Shown here one piece after another: positions 1-11,824 of a stretch of 64,000 bases of DNA. The position numbers and the translations under genes were made by a program. Below the pieces are notes generated by a model, which saw only the letters and a program-made list of their open reading frames with translations, ran no database searches and was not told where the DNA came from. Source of the DNA: Oopsacas minuta (taxonomy: Eukaryota; Animalia; Porifera); the NCBI GenBank assembly GCA_024704765.1, contig JAKMXF010000110.1, forward strand, positions 744,001-808,000, read 5' to 3'. The first letter of the stretch is position 1. The number at the start of each line of letters is the position of its first letter.

Positions 1-3
1 GTT

Positions 4-1835
4 ATGAAAGAACTGAAACCTAAGCTATCAATGTTAACTGCTACCGACACTAATTTTACAAATTCTCTTCCAAAGCTAGATTTACTGACGGTAGCATTTG
101 ATGAAACAGCTGAGAATAGATTACAAATGTTGATGGATAAAATACAGGAAATGCAGACACAACGGTTAGTGATGGTCCATCTTATCCATAACCAATTGAC
201 CCATCTGACCAGTAGCAGTCATAGAGAGAACGGATACTGGCCCGTTTTTGGTCTCGGCCACAGTCCTTGTCATATAGAGATGGTGTTGCTAATCATATTG
301 TAAATATATCCATATATAGTTCTACATTGGAACAACAGCTGAGAAGAGACATGGAATCAGATGACATCACTAGTCACCTGATATCTAGTGACAGTAATAG
401 AGAGAAAATATTTGAAGTCGGAATGAAGAAGCATAAAGATGCTGCAAACGTGATTAGACAGAATTGTCAAGCACAGGATAATATACTCAAGGTTTGTTTG
501 TTTGACTAGACAGATTGGTCATTTGAATACAGTGGAACCTGCATTAACCGACACTTGTTGAGACAGGTAATTGTGTCGGTTTATGCAGGTTCTACTGTGC
601 GTATTTCACACCTGATTTATGTAAATATTTGTTTGTATTTACGAGGTTGCTGTATAGGCTATGACAGAGACAAATGCTAGTTTAGCTGCACTCAGAAAGG
701 AATTGTTAACTGTCCGATCTGATAGAGAGAGTATGTTTAAAGGATTAGTTGAAGCCTGGAAGAGGATGGGGTCTACAGAGGATAGTCTTAAGGATGGTTA
801 GTAAACAAACAAACAAATACATAAACAAATAAATAAATCCACACTATTTGTTTGCTTTAGGAATGAAGTTTTATCAAAATCTTGACAAAAAGACCCTCAA
901 ACTATTTGAGACTATTAAATCCATTTTACCTCCACCTCCCATACAGCAGCCAATTAATCCATCTCATACAGCCACTATTCCACCACTTGACACCTATAAA
1001 CCTATTTCTCCATTTATGTCACCACCTGATGGCAGTGCTAGACCACCTGTACCATCAAGACGTCTTAAACCCGCCAATCAAACTGAAGATGTTAATTACG
1101 ATATAGAAGTTGTTGATGATACAGAGTTAAAGCTGTTAAACTGGGCAGCTTCAGAGCAAGTAAACAAACAAGTAAACATTGAGGTAAACAATAGTAGTTA
1201 CGAAATCAAAGTTCATATGTTTAGGCTATGTAAAATGATATACTTGTTTCTTATACCCACCGGATATAAGCACCATCCTCTGGAATACGGTTCTCACATA
1301 TTCCTGTATATTTATACCGGATATAAGAACCATCCTCTGGAATACGGTTCTCACATATTCCTGTATATTTATACCGGATATAAGAACATGTAATGCTACT
1401 CCCCAAGGGTGTTATTAAAATTCCAAACAAGTAATCTATCTTGTATTCATTCTTTAGCCAATTCAACAGATAGCTGTATCACCCTTGAGAGAATCAACAC
1501 ACGAATCATCGAATATTATTATTGCTCAATCGGCTCCTGTTCCTAAAATAGATTCTATTCTACCTTCCCCACCCAAACCAGTGACTGATCATATCATAGC
1601 ACCTGAACCTCAGTTACACATTCCACAGGTTCCTAACCTAGCAACGCCAGTATTTGACACTTCACAATTATCTCAGCTGATCCATTCGAATCAATCAGAG
1701 ACAAATAGGACAATTTCCTCTCTCCAAACTGGTCTCAATCGGATTAACCAATCAGTAGCCGAGTTAGGACTGAATATGACAGCTGTCATTAATCAGAGTA
1801 GCCAATCAAATGCTGCCATTTCTGCTCTAAACCAG
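4..1835 (+). CDS. ALIX/HD-PTP (PTPN23-like) V-domain protein, upstream part; the gene enters from before the window (exons ~1-164, 320-491, 658-796, 861-1159, 1470-1835)
   Basis: The spliced translation (RSTLEQQLRRDMESDDITSHLISS...QNCQAQDNILK|AMTETN...DG|MKFYQNL) resembles the PTPN23/ALIX V domain (DDIT..L, QN..AQD.L, EG.DFY.DL), followed by a Pro-rich region. GT-AG boundaries keep the frame. The last exon ends at a phase-0 donor (CAG|gtaatt, 1835) with no same-strand continuation. Confidence 0.8.
530..597. mobile_element. Short palindromic MITE with CAGT-type TIRs
   Basis: CAGTGGAACCTGCATTAACCGACAC ... GTGTCGGTTTATGCAGGTTCTACTG, with TA on the left. Related degenerate copies lie at ~8955-9000 and ~9049-9131. 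Confidence 0.7.
1252..1420. mobile_element. MITE family 2 copy with an internal 57-bp tandem duplication
   Basis: CCATCCTCTGGAATACGGTTCTCACATATTCCTGTATATTTATACCGGATATAAG occurs at 1273 and 1330. The same element is at 19370, 42063 and 52186. Confidence 0.75.
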
Positions 1836-1950
1836 GTAATTAGTTCTATTTTTAGTATCAAATTGTTTGTGTTATATATTGACGAATAATTATGTAAATA
1901 TCGGAACTATTCCTTTGTAAAAGGCGCGAAAATATGATTAATCATAAATA

Positions 1951-2110
1951 CAGTTAACTCCTGTTATATTAAACACGGATATATCAAAGTACCCGCTAAT
2001 ATCGAAGTGTGAATTATACAAATATGCTCCAAACCATAAAAGTTCCATACATTCCATTGGTTATGTCAAAGCAATAATAATAGACCCTTAAGCTTAATAT
2101 TACAGAAGTT
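1951..2110. mobile_element. MITE family 1 (TIR CAGTYAACTCCYGTTATA; Tc1/pogo-like)
   Basis: TA|CAGTTAACTCCTGTTATA...ACACGGATAT...ATATCGAAGTGTGAA...CCCTTAAGCTT...ATTACAGAAGTT. Homologous copies at 7531, 28607, 32823, ~46730 and ~56134. Confidence 0.75.
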
Positions 2111-3455
2111 TTATATTACAAACTATAAAATATTGGAAAATCAAACAAAACTAAACAAATTCAAACTTTGCAACTCTCAAAATGGCGACACAATTTCCTG
2201 AGCCAATCCCAGTGCCAATTGTAGACCCCTTAGAACAAGAAATCAACCAATCAATTGACAGGATGATATTCCTACTCAATCAGAGAAGAATCCATCTCTT
2301 AACCACTTTAAGAAATAAACGAGAAGAGACAAGAGCTAATCAGGTAGCGTGTCAGCAAATGAAGCAACAACTGGAAGAGACCCGAGCTCTTGTAGAAGGT
2401 AGAATGACACACAATCAACTCCCACTCCATTTCTGATAGATTAGTGGCAGAAATGCAAACAAAACTAGCAGAACTCCACCTCAACACACCACCACCTCAT
2501 GTACTGAGGTTCTTGTGTGATACACAAGACCTCGAAAGGAGTATTAACCGTCTAGGAGAGATCAGCCAACAAGAAATCAATCCCATCCCTCATATACCAG
2601 TAATCCCTAAGTACGCTGAATTCCAACAGCCCATTGTTGCTGTTGGGAAAGAAGGATCAGCTCCTGGGGAGTTTAAAGGGCCAAGAGGTGTCGCAATTGA
2701 ACCTGAATCTGGACACATTTATGTGGCAGATCAGTACAACAATCGTATACAAATATTCTCTCAGTCAGGAGACTATCTCAACCATTTCGGTAATCAACAC
2801 CTGAAAGAGCCATGGGGTATCCTAATCCATGAGGATAACATTTATGTTACAGACATAGAACATCACGCTATCTTCTTATTCAAGCTGCCAGACCTAACTA
2901 TGATAAAGCGAGTAGGTAAGGAAGGATCTGGTAGTGAAGAGTTCAATAATCCTAGACAACCCGCCATCTCTCCTAATACACACCTTTATGTACCAGATTA
3001 TTCCAACAACAGACTACAAATACTAACAACTAATTTGGTATTTACAGACACGCTAGAACACCAAACCATGACTGGACCTATTGATGTTAAATTCACAAAC
3101 AATGAAATGTTTGTGTTGAGCTGTGAAGACAATCCATGTATTCATGTGTTTACTCTCTCAGGAGAGAAGTCCCGCTCATTGATTACCGGAGGAATAGGAA
3201 TAGGAATGCAAGTTGAAGTAGCATACTTCTTCTGTCTAGACGGACATAATAACATTATCATAAGCAACTGCTGGGCTGACAGTATTAAAGTATTCTCACC
3301 AGAAGGAGACCTCCTACACGAGATAGGACAGAGAGGACAGAGAGGACATAAAGCTGGAATGTTTGACTCCCCTTACGGAATTACAATACACAACACAAAA
3401 CTAATTTGTGTTTCTAAAAACAATAATTTCTGTTTACAAATATTTTCTGCTTAAC
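2103..3455. repeat. Left arm of a ~1.35 kb inverted repeat (partner ~9785-11115)
   Basis: Reverse-complement match covers ~80 nt of upstream sequence and the whole NHL CDS, with identical tracts of >100 nt (e.g. ~2870-3000 vs ~10215-10350). Confidence 0.95.
2182..3454 (+). pseudogene. Coiled-coil + NHL-repeat (TRIM-NHL-like, no RING/B-box) gene with a +1 frameshift at ~2420
   Basis: ORFs 2182-2436 and 2444-3454 together equal the 9749-11032 paralog. There is an extra C (AACTCCCACTCC vs AACTCCACTCC). NHL motifs include FKGPRGVAIE, YVADQYNNRIQIF and FDSPYGI. The indel could be a homopolymer sequencing error. Confidence 0.8.
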
Positions 3456-3869
3456 AGTATTACATTTAAAACATTAAACTAACCATCAGCTGATTATAAT
3501 AGTTATGTAAACAGGAAAATACGTTAAACTGGTAACTCTTCAAGTTCCAGTTCAGCGATTCTCAACCCTAAATCCATGATGGTCTAAGGAGGACAGCCGG
3601 GGTCTATTCCAATGGAAGGGAGGATGAATCTGTCGGCTGAGACAAATGCCCAGCCAACAGATTGTGGCTCTGCGAGCACATAAGGAAAGGTGTCAAAATC
3701 TATGTATAATCACACGATTAGCGATAATAGTTCCATATCCCTGAGGTGCATATCTACACCCTAAAATGTACCCATGGGTCAAACGGACATCTCCCTATGT
3801 ATTCATACAACAAACTATACACATACCATAACTCCATAACAGTAACTAAGGTGTATTTATCATATTTAC

Positions 3870-4893
3870 CTCTAACATAGCAGATTTGTATATTTTCTCG
3901 TCTTTATCAAACTTTTTCATTTCAATAAGTTTCACAGCTGATCGATTACCAGTCTCCTTTTCAAAACATATTCTCACCTCGCCACACGCACCCTTACCCA
4001 GAGTCTTACCGATATCATAGCGACAGAGGAACTCCTTTGGAATATCTGGGTAATCAGAAGATCTCTGTTTTTCTTTATACACCCAAGAAACGTTCTTTCT
4101 TAAGCTGAGAGATATTTCAGAATTGTCTTTAAGTAAACAGGTCTTGTTCTTACCGATCTACAGTATGGACCATGGATGAGTAAGTGCTGTTATTGGCTAC
4201 CCACTCAAAGTGTCTTAAACAGGAAATAGCACATACCTTTGCTCCATTAACGAATGTTCCGTTGCTAGATTTATCATAAAGGAATACTCCATACTTCCTA
4301 GAGTCTTCTGAAGAGTCCTGATCCTTACCGGATTTAGGTTGTTCTCTGAATATCATGAAATGAACCTAGGAGATAGGTAGTAATTCTTTGTTAATATTTG
4401 TATTATATGTCTGTAAGGTCTACCTTAGACAGAGCCTGCCAATTCGGAACTTCGCAACCATTCTGCTGCTCATGTATGCATACAGTGCTCTCTTCATCTC
4501 TCCCAAAGGTGTATTCATCTTCAATCAAGTCAACCTGTGTATTAGAAACTATAATGTCAATAGGAATGCTGTACTGTCCAAATTGCAAATGAATTCGTTT
4601 GGATTAGTGAGATACAATAAAGGATAACTCGGGTTAAGACGAGTCACTATTTCTTATATTTCCCGTTTGTAATTGGACAATCAGGACAATCAGAATACTC
4701 TAGAACATTCCAAAGGTTGTATAACACCTATTTGTATCAAAGAGGGTCTACCTTATACCTTAGAGTATGCATCATGTAATGGGTACAGTCTACCCCATGT
4801 GTTAGCTTCACACTCATCTGCTAGCGGTTCAGACAGCTGAGAGGAACCAACACCTGCTATATCGCTAACGTCAATGGTCTGACAATCTGCCAT
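3870..4893 (-). CDS. CHEK2: Checkpoint kinase 2, 5' half (exons 4893-4759, 4534-4424, 4365-4237, 4157-3870): FHA domain and kinase N-lobe
   Basis: WGRLYPL, YTFGRD, SKVHF and DKSSNGTFVNG (FHA), then YDIGKTLGKGACGEVR...AVK. The exon ends at GAG|gtaaat (phase 0), exactly where the plus-strand exon at 11825 resumes. Confidence 0.93.
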
Positions 4894-5231
4894 ATCTATA
4901 TAGCTTAATTAGATTATGAGGAAATGGTAAGAGCTATAAACTTAAGAGCTATAAACTTGAAATTTGGTATGTGTGTGGTAAGTGATGGATATAGGAACCA
5001 AATCATTTTACACATATTTGATTGGTTTGAAAAGGGAAGGAATCCACAGAATGTGTTAAATTTGGTATAGGGAATACACGGGTGTAGGAATTTGGGAACA
5101 GCTGGTTTAGAGAAACCAATAATAGAAGTATTCAATATGAATAGTAGATAAATAGAAATATATCACACTGTAAACACCAACAAATAAACAAATAAACAAG
5201 CAAACAAACAAGCAAACAAACAAGAAGCAAT

Positions 5232-6201
5232 CTATGGTAAGTCAGTTAGTGCCCGCTTCGGAGGTAATCCTTTAGGTAATTCCTTTTCTTTCTTTTTCTC
5301 TTCAAACATTAGAATAATTTTCAGGATACTGTTCTTCTTGCCTAGCATCATGGTGAGGAACTCATGATAGTGTATAGTGCCTAAATATGATTAAATATGT
5401 GATAAATATTCATATTCGACATTTGGAAATGTCAGAATAGAATTCTACATACACGGTTACCCCTGATTAACCGTTGAAATGAAATCTCTAGCCTCATTTT
5501 TGATTTTGCCAAAAGGTGTGAAAATATCATTAATCATACAAAATTAGAGCTACTACATATATCTCACACTTCAACAACCAATAGGATTACATTCTACAAT
5601 AACCAATAGAATGGTAGTGTTTTACATTGTGACCAGCATCTAATCTAATTGGTCTAACTTTAAACACCAAAAAAGGTGTGAAAATACTCACATTATAAAA
5701 TTCCATACCCAAGGTGCACTTCTACACCCAAAAATGTACTCATGTGCCAATTTTCATGCCACCTGGCCTACTAGATTGCGCAAGACTCCGCGGACGGAAG
5801 TCACACATCGTCCATGCCAATTGGACATCTCCCTATAGGAAATTCCATTTTACCAAATCGGTTGTTACCACCATGCATAGTTACAGAACTATCACAATGG
5901 TATTTCCACTAAAAATACCTGAATCATTGGTATCAACTTCAGCTATCATTTTCTTTAGTTCCAGATGTGTCTTAGCCTGTCCTAATTTCTCCATCATTCT
6001 CTTTAGTTCCATTATATCAATATCTCCAGAATTATTCTCATCATACTCTATGAATTGGTTCTTGTATGATTCTAGTTTCAATTCCAATTCTTCTACATCA
6101 TCCCAGTCCCCACTTTGTAAATATTGATTGTTTATTTCCATTAGTTCACTCTCTTGTTTATTCTTTAAGATACCAAATGCTTTGCCACCTTGGTGAGCCA
6201 T
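5232..6201 (-). CDS. AIF1: Allograft inflammatory factor 1 / Iba1 EF-hand protein (exons 6201-5919, 5380-5232)
   Basis: QGGKAFGILK...DIDIMELKRMMEKLGQAKTHLELKKMIAEV|GTIHYHEFLTMMLGKKNSILKIILMFEEK...PPKRALTDLP*, matching the AIF1 family along its length. Confidence 0.93.
5395..5695 (-). repeat. ~300-bp dispersed repeat (family 3) carrying the GTGATTAATCATATTTTCACACCTTTTTGG motif
   Basis: Degenerate reverse-complement match to ~12975-13230. The core motif recurs at ~1920, 11350, 12150, 13655, 18941, 21350, 44992 and 63083. Confidence 0.65.
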
Positions 6202-6849
6202 CTAGCAAACAACAACAAATAAATGTGTCCGCACTATCCTTAAAAATCTCGAATCACCGTCTGTGCCAACTCAAATTTCCCGAATTAGTTTCAGTACTTA
6301 TTCAATTCTATAAATAGCCATTCTAGCAAAGAAAGAGAAATTTGAATTTTACTAATCTTGTTAGACTTTTGTAAGTTAAAACCGAATTATACGCGCCTGT
6401 TGACACCTACTTAACAGGTGGAAGCTAATGTCTATTAAAATCAGAAGGGGGGACACTAGTGAAAACGTTGGGATGTGTATATATACTTTCAGTTCCATAT
6501 ATGATATTCCAATCAATCTATTTATCGTATAAATAGGAATTCAACCAATAAATTCTTAGTATTTCAACCAATAAGATTACATAAAATTCCTTTTATAGTC
6601 AGCTGATTACTGAAACCATTGTGACACATGAAAGAACTATCTTTAATTAGTCAGCCATAAAAAGCGTTAAGTTATGAATAATTCTACAGAACAAATATTC
6701 TATTTTAGGACACAAATAATACATTTAATTGAACAGCTGTTAGTTGCTAGGGAAATATGAATCTCCATCAAATGAGTGAGCTACTAATTAGCACATATTA
6801 AGTAAACAAACAAACAAACAAACAAACAAACAATTAGCATATAACACTT

Positions 6850-7482
6850 TCAATAATTGTTGTCATATGTGTACCTATCTCGATACCTACCCCTGTGTCC
6901 TCTATTGTCCTTACGGTTATACTGCCCGTTCCAGCTGTATGTATCATAATACATTGGCGCTTCAGCTGATTGGTAATCGGAATTTGTCTTATAAGGTGGG
7001 TCTGTTTGATCGTCCTGCAGTGAAGTATTTTCAGAGGATTTGCCAGGGGAGACTGGTGGATCTGGAACTTTAATAGGTGCTAGTTCCAAATCAATACTGT
7101 TTACAATTCCAGTTATATCTTCTTGGTTCCAGTATAGATTAAATCTCAGCTGTTTTTGATGTTTACATTCTAAATGTATATTTTGCAATTTGTTACGTAT
7201 TTGTTGCAGCATTTTTTGTTGTAAATCAACCAATGAATCTCCGAGCTTAGTTTCTGTTTGTTGATGTAAATCTGTCAATATTTGTGTATTTATTTCTATT
7301 TGTTTATTTTTGTTTTCATATTCCAATTCCAAATTGTCGATTTTTGTTTGTAAGTGCTTTTTGTGATCTTTCAAGAGATTATCAAATTCTGTGAATTTTT
7401 GGTCCAATTCAGTTCTCATTTCTGTGAAAATATTCACACTTGTGGTTTCATCTGTATCGCTGCATTCCGATGCAGTTGCCAT
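6850..7482 (-). CDS. Intronless coiled-coil protein, same family as the 14.2-17.8 kb array
   Basis: 210-aa ORF; the N-terminal heptad block VNIFTEMRTELDQKF..LL.DHKK.L..KI..LE.EY aligns with VTIFQQARDTI...LENEY. Confidence 0.75.
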   Translation of the reverse strand: MATASECSDTDETTSVNIFTEMRTELDQKFTEFDNLLKDHKKHLQTKIDNLELEYENKNKQIEINTQILTDLHQQTETKLGDSLVDLQQKMLQQIRNKLQNIHLECKHQKQLRFNLYWNQEDITGIVNSIDLELAPIKVPDPPVSPGKSSENTSLQDDQTDPPYKTNSDYQSAEAPMYYDTYSWNGQYNRKDNRGHRGRYRDRYTYDNNY

Positions 7483-7530
7483 GGAAATTACTTAACTATT
7501 AACAAATATTTGTGAAGTCGGAATACATAC

Positions 7531-7695
7531 CAATCAACTGAAATATCAAACACGGATATATCTGAATACCCGCTGATATCGAAGTGTGAACTTGTACAAA
7601 TATGGTCCCAAACCTTCAAAGGAACAAATATCCCATCGGTTATATCAAAGGAATAATCACGGCCCCTTAAGCTTAGGTATAACAGGAGTCTAGTG
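7531..7695. mobile_element. MITE family 1 copy
   Basis: ACACGGATATATCTGAATACCCGCTGATATCGAAGTGTGAA...CCCCTTAAGCTT...TATAACAGGAGT. Confidence 0.75.
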
Positions 7696-7887
7696 TACAT
7701 ATTTACTTCTAATACCACAAATAAAATGGGATTTGTTCCAGACGGGTATTTATATATTTTCACACTTAAGTATGTAACTTGTCTGTGTGGTATAATTATA
7801 CAAATATCATGAGAGCAAATAATTGCGGGAAAGAAAGCAATAAATTCTGAATGTTATACTCAACAATATGCTAAATATACAATTGGA

Positions 7888-9513
7888 TTATTGGTGGGTT
7901 TGTGAGAGGAGTAACAGCTGTTTTTGAATTATCATCAGCTGATCTGGTGTCAGAGACTGAGGATTAGAACCAAGCTGCTTCTGTAACATTTGTAAATATG
8001 CATGTTGTTGAGGATTGAGGGGAGAATTTGGTTGTACAGCTGATTGTAAGGGTAACTGAGGATTAGATTGTACAGCTGATTGTAAGGGTAACTGAGGATT
8101 AGATTGTACAGCTGATTGTAAGGGTAACTGAGGATTTGATTGTACAGCTGATTGTAAGGGTAACTGAGGATTTGATTGTACAGCTGGTTGTAAGGGTAAC
8201 TGAGGATTTGATTGTACAGCTGGTTGTAAGGGTAACTGAGGATTAGATGGTACAGCTGATTGTAAGGGTAACTGAGGATTTGATTGGACCATGGATTGCG
8301 GAGGATACTGTACATTTGATTGGTTACTCATGATATTGCTATAAGAATGAGGCGGGTAATGAGAGACAGCTGGTATTGACTGTAGAGACTGAATATGCAT
8401 AAGAGATGGCTGTAATAATTGTGATACAGGCACTGGTGTAATACTAGGGGGCATAGACTGTTGGGGATACAGAGATTGAACCATGGATGAGTGAGAAGTG
8501 GGTAATGAGCTTAACGGATCAAGAGAAGTAATTGATTGGCTATCGATAGACATTTGATTGGTCAGTTTACTCCCTAGACATGATTCTGCTTGGGTAACAG
8601 AAAGTTGGAAAGCAGAGGAAGGTCGTAACTTAACAGGGGTAAATGCTGTCGGCTCAGATGGCAGAATTGTGTCCGGTTTATGCGACACAATTTCCGGTTT
8701 CTTCTCCAACAAATCCCACAGCTGTCCAACCTGACTCTCACCCTCTTTAGGCCTATCTTGGAAATCCAGTGGGTCTCTGGTAACCCTAGCATCTGATTGG
8801 TTAGGGAGTAATAAGATAGAATCTTGTTTGTTCCGAATTTGCCTCAGTTCTTCTTTGATTTCTGTCAGAGCTGTAGTTACACATAACACCTATTGAATTA
8901 TACAATAATATATACACAAGGGTTTCTATGGCTAGACAAATTTTGTAAAGTAACACCTGCATTAACTGACACTCGTTGATACAGGAAAATAGTGTCGTGT
9001 TAACAAATTGTCACCTTTTTGGATTCCAAAAATCACATTAGTAGGCACTACAGTAGAACCACGTTAATACATACACAAAGGGACCGTCGAGATTTGTACT
9101 CCTTATCCGGAGTATGGATTAACGAAGTTTCATTGAATATAGCCAATATATATGTTAGATGTGAGATATTTGAAGTGAAGAAATTCCTCAAAATAACCTT
9201 TTGTTTGTTTGTTTGTTTATTTGTTTACAAGCTAAGAACTTACTTCTTGTGAAGTAGTAGATATATTATTGTTTATGTTTTCCAAAAGAGGTTCTAATTT
9301 TAGAACAATATCACTCTGTTTCTGTGTCACATGATCAAACAGCTGATTGAGTCTGTTGACACCTTCTTGTGATGATTTCTCTATTAACTCAATTCTAGCT
9401 AATAGATTAGCTTCTACAAGCTTAATCAGCTGAGAAGTGTATACCGTATTTTGATTGGTTGTTTGCAAATGAGCAGACAGCTGTTCTATACTCGTGTTTT
9501 GATTGGTTGTCAC
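7888..9513 (-). CDS. Probable 3' half of the V-domain gene (exons 9513-9244, 8889-7888): coiled coil plus Pro/Gln-rich tail
   Basis: Begins at an acceptor (aatag|GTG, phase 0) rather than an ATG. Exon 9513-9244 is 90 codons and joins 8889 in phase 0. Composition continues the S/N/Q coiled coil of exon 1470-1835. Confidence 0.75.
8032..8285. repeat. 36-bp coding tandem repeat, 7 copies (QSNPQLPLQ[SP]AV)
   Basis: Unit TTGTACAGCTGATTGTAAGGGTAACTGAGGATT[AT]GA is read directly. Confidence 0.95.
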
Positions 9514-9748
9514 CTATTAATAGAATATATTCATAAACACTCATGTACCAATTGGACAGTATTTAGGCGCCGAAATTAGAATTTTGAACCTTTGACATTT
9601 GTCATTTGTCATACTTAGGTCAGACAATTTAGAAAGTAGCCTCCTGTCCTTGCCCCCTATCAAGGGTACAAATATTCACTAAAGGTACCAGCTATGATCC
9701 AAAGTAATCAATAAACATATCTAATAATTAATCCAAAATATTACAATT

Positions 9749-11032
9749 CTAGCGAGGATTTTGCGAGAAAATTAAATTAAACAGAAAATATTTGTAAACA
9801 AAAATTTTGTTTTTAGAAACACAAATTAGTTTTGTGTTGTGTATTGTAATTCCGGAAGGGAAGACAAACATTCCAGCTTTATGTCCTCTCTGTCCTATCT
9901 TGTGTAGGAGGTCTCCTTCTGGTGAGAATACTTTAATATTGTTAGTTAAGCAGTCGCTTATGATAATGTTATTATGTCCATCTAGACAGAAGAAGTATGC
10001 TCTTCCAACTTGCATTCCTAATTCTCCGGTAATCAATGAGTAGGACTTCTCTCCTGAGAGAGTAAACACATGAATACATGGATTGTCTTTCAGGCTCAAC
10101 ACAAACATTTCATTGTTTGTGAATTTAACATCAATAGGTCCAGTCATGGTTTTGTGTTCTAGCGTGTCTGTAAATACCAAATTAGTTGTTAGTATTTGTA
10201 GTCTGTTGTTGTTATAATCTGGTACATAAAGGTGTGTATTAGGAGAGATGGCGGGTTGTCTAGGATTATTGAACTCTTCACTACCAGATCCTTCCTTACC
10301 TACTCGCTTTATCATAGTTAGGTCTGGCAGCTTGAATAAGAAGATAGCGTAATGTACTATGTCAGTAACATAAATGTTATCCTCATGGATTAGGATACCC
10401 CATGGCTTTTTCAGGTGTTGATTACCGAATTGGTTGAGATAGTCTCCTGACTGAGAGAATATTTGTATACGATTGTTGAGCATATCTGCCACATAAATGT
10501 GTCCAGATTCAGGTTCAATTGCGACACCACTTGGCCCTTTAAACTCCCCAGGAGCTGATCCTGTTATTCCAACAGTAACAATTGGCTGTTGGAATTCAGC
10601 ATACTTAGGGATTACTGGTATATGAGGGATGGGATGGATTTCTTGTTGGCTGATCTCTCCTAGACGGTTAATACTCCTTTCGAGGTCTTGTGTATCACAC
10701 AAGAACCTCAGTACATGAGGTGGTGGTGTGTTGAGGTGGAGTTCTGCTAGTTTTGTTTGCATTTCTGCCACTAATCTATCAGAAATGGAGTGGAGTTGAT
10801 TGTGTGTCATTTTCCCTTCTACAAGAGCTCGGGTCTCTTCCAGTTGTTGCTTCATTTGCTGACATGCCACCTGATTAGCTCTTGTCTCTTCTCGTTTATT
10901 TCTTAAAGTGGTTAAGAGATGGATTCTTCTCTGATTGAGTAGGAATATCATCCTGTCAATTGATTGGTTGATTTCTTGTTCTAAGGGGTCTACAATTGGC
11001 ACTTGGATTGGCTCAGGAAATTGTGTCGCCAT
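9749..11032 (-). CDS. Coiled-coil + NHL-repeat protein; a -1 indel near 9812 replaces the normal C-terminus
   Basis: 427-aa ORF. Compared with the plus copy (AAC AAT AAT TTC TGT TTA CAA ATA TTT TCT GCT TAA), this copy lacks one base and reads through to 9749. Confidence 0.88.
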   Translation of the reverse strand: MATQFPEPIQVPIVDPLEQEINQSIDRMIFLLNQRRIHLLTTLRNKREETRANQVACQQMKQQLEETRALVEGKMTHNQLHSISDRLVAEMQTKLAELHLNTPPPHVLRFLCDTQDLERSINRLGEISQQEIHPIPHIPVIPKYAEFQQPIVTVGITGSAPGEFKGPSGVAIEPESGHIYVADMLNNRIQIFSQSGDYLNQFGNQHLKKPWGILIHEDNIYVTDIVHYAIFLFKLPDLTMIKRVGKEGSGSEEFNNPRQPAISPNTHLYVPDYNNNRLQILTTNLVFTDTLEHKTMTGPIDVKFTNNEMFVLSLKDNPCIHVFTLSGEKSYSLITGELGMQVGRAYFFCLDGHNNIIISDCLTNNIKVFSPEGDLLHKIGQRGHKAGMFVFPSGITIHNTKLICVSKNKIFVYKYFLFNLIFSQNPR

Positions 11033-11115
11033 TTTGAGAGTTGCAAAGTTTGAATTTGTTTAGTTTTGTTTGATTCAAATTTCCAATATTTTATATTTTG
11101 TAATATAAAACTGCT
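9785..11115. repeat. Right arm of the ~1.35 kb inverted repeat
   Basis: Reverse complement of 2103-3455. Confidence 0.95.
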
Positions 11116-11527
11116 GAACTGACACAATTATTAAAATAGAATAATTATCAGTGGTTTGTGTCGTGTGACCTCTTCCATGTACTCTGATCTTGTGACACAA
11201 TCTTATTACAGATAATATTGTTATTGGTTGTGTCGTGTTGAGCCATCTGAATAGATTGTGGATTATTTGATTAATAATATATTTGAATAAATTCTAATAA
11301 ATTCAAACTGATAATTTGAGTTAACCTTTGAACCTATATTAATTGGTAATTAGTGATTAATCACATTTTCACGCCTTTTCCCACGGAATTCAACTCTGAG
11401 TTTCCCGATAACATACCTCCTTTGTGTATACTTGCTCTTTGTTAGTTTATAACTTGTTTCAGCCATTTTCTCCGGTTTTCCATATACAAAGATATGGAGA
11501 ACTTCGTTAATATGAACACCTATGTCA

Positions 11528-11696
11528 CCATAGTTGACACCATTAGGACCTCCACTAATTGAATTAAGCAAGAGAAATGATCATAAAAAGTTGAGAATTC
11601 TAAAATAGGAAAATTAATTCAAATTCAAGTGATGAATTAAGACTGCATTCCATTCTACATATTGGTATCCATGAAGGATACATTAACATGTTGTGA
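11528..11696 (-). repeat. Inverted copy of the CHEK2 terminal codons and 3'UTR (13424-13601)
   Basis: TCACAACATGTTAATGTATCCTTCATGGATACCAATATGTAGAATGGAATGC...GTGTCAACTATGG is present in both orientations with few mismatches. Confidence 0.9.
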
Positions 11697-11824
11697 TATC
11701 TTCCTCTTATATCCTTTAATTCGTACTGTTCTGTGGAAACGGGGACTTTAGGAAAGGAAGTGAATCTGTAAAGCGAATACACATTTTCTGGTGTGTCCCT
11801 GTTTATATTATTGCTTACGCTTAG

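Noticed and set aside
1251-1466. 57-bp direct repeats and the repeated-peptide ORFs they produce (CRISPR-like appearance)
   Set aside because: There are no spacers and no cas genes. It is an internal duplication within a MITE found elsewhere in the window.
7950-8315. ILSYPYNQLYN repeat ORF
   Set aside because: It is an alternative frame of the 36-bp coding repeat.
11600-11782. ORF sharing [17 protein letters not shown] with 13272-13502
   Set aside because: The shared peptide comes from the nucleotide-level inverted repeat. The CHEK2 frame explains the right-hand copy.
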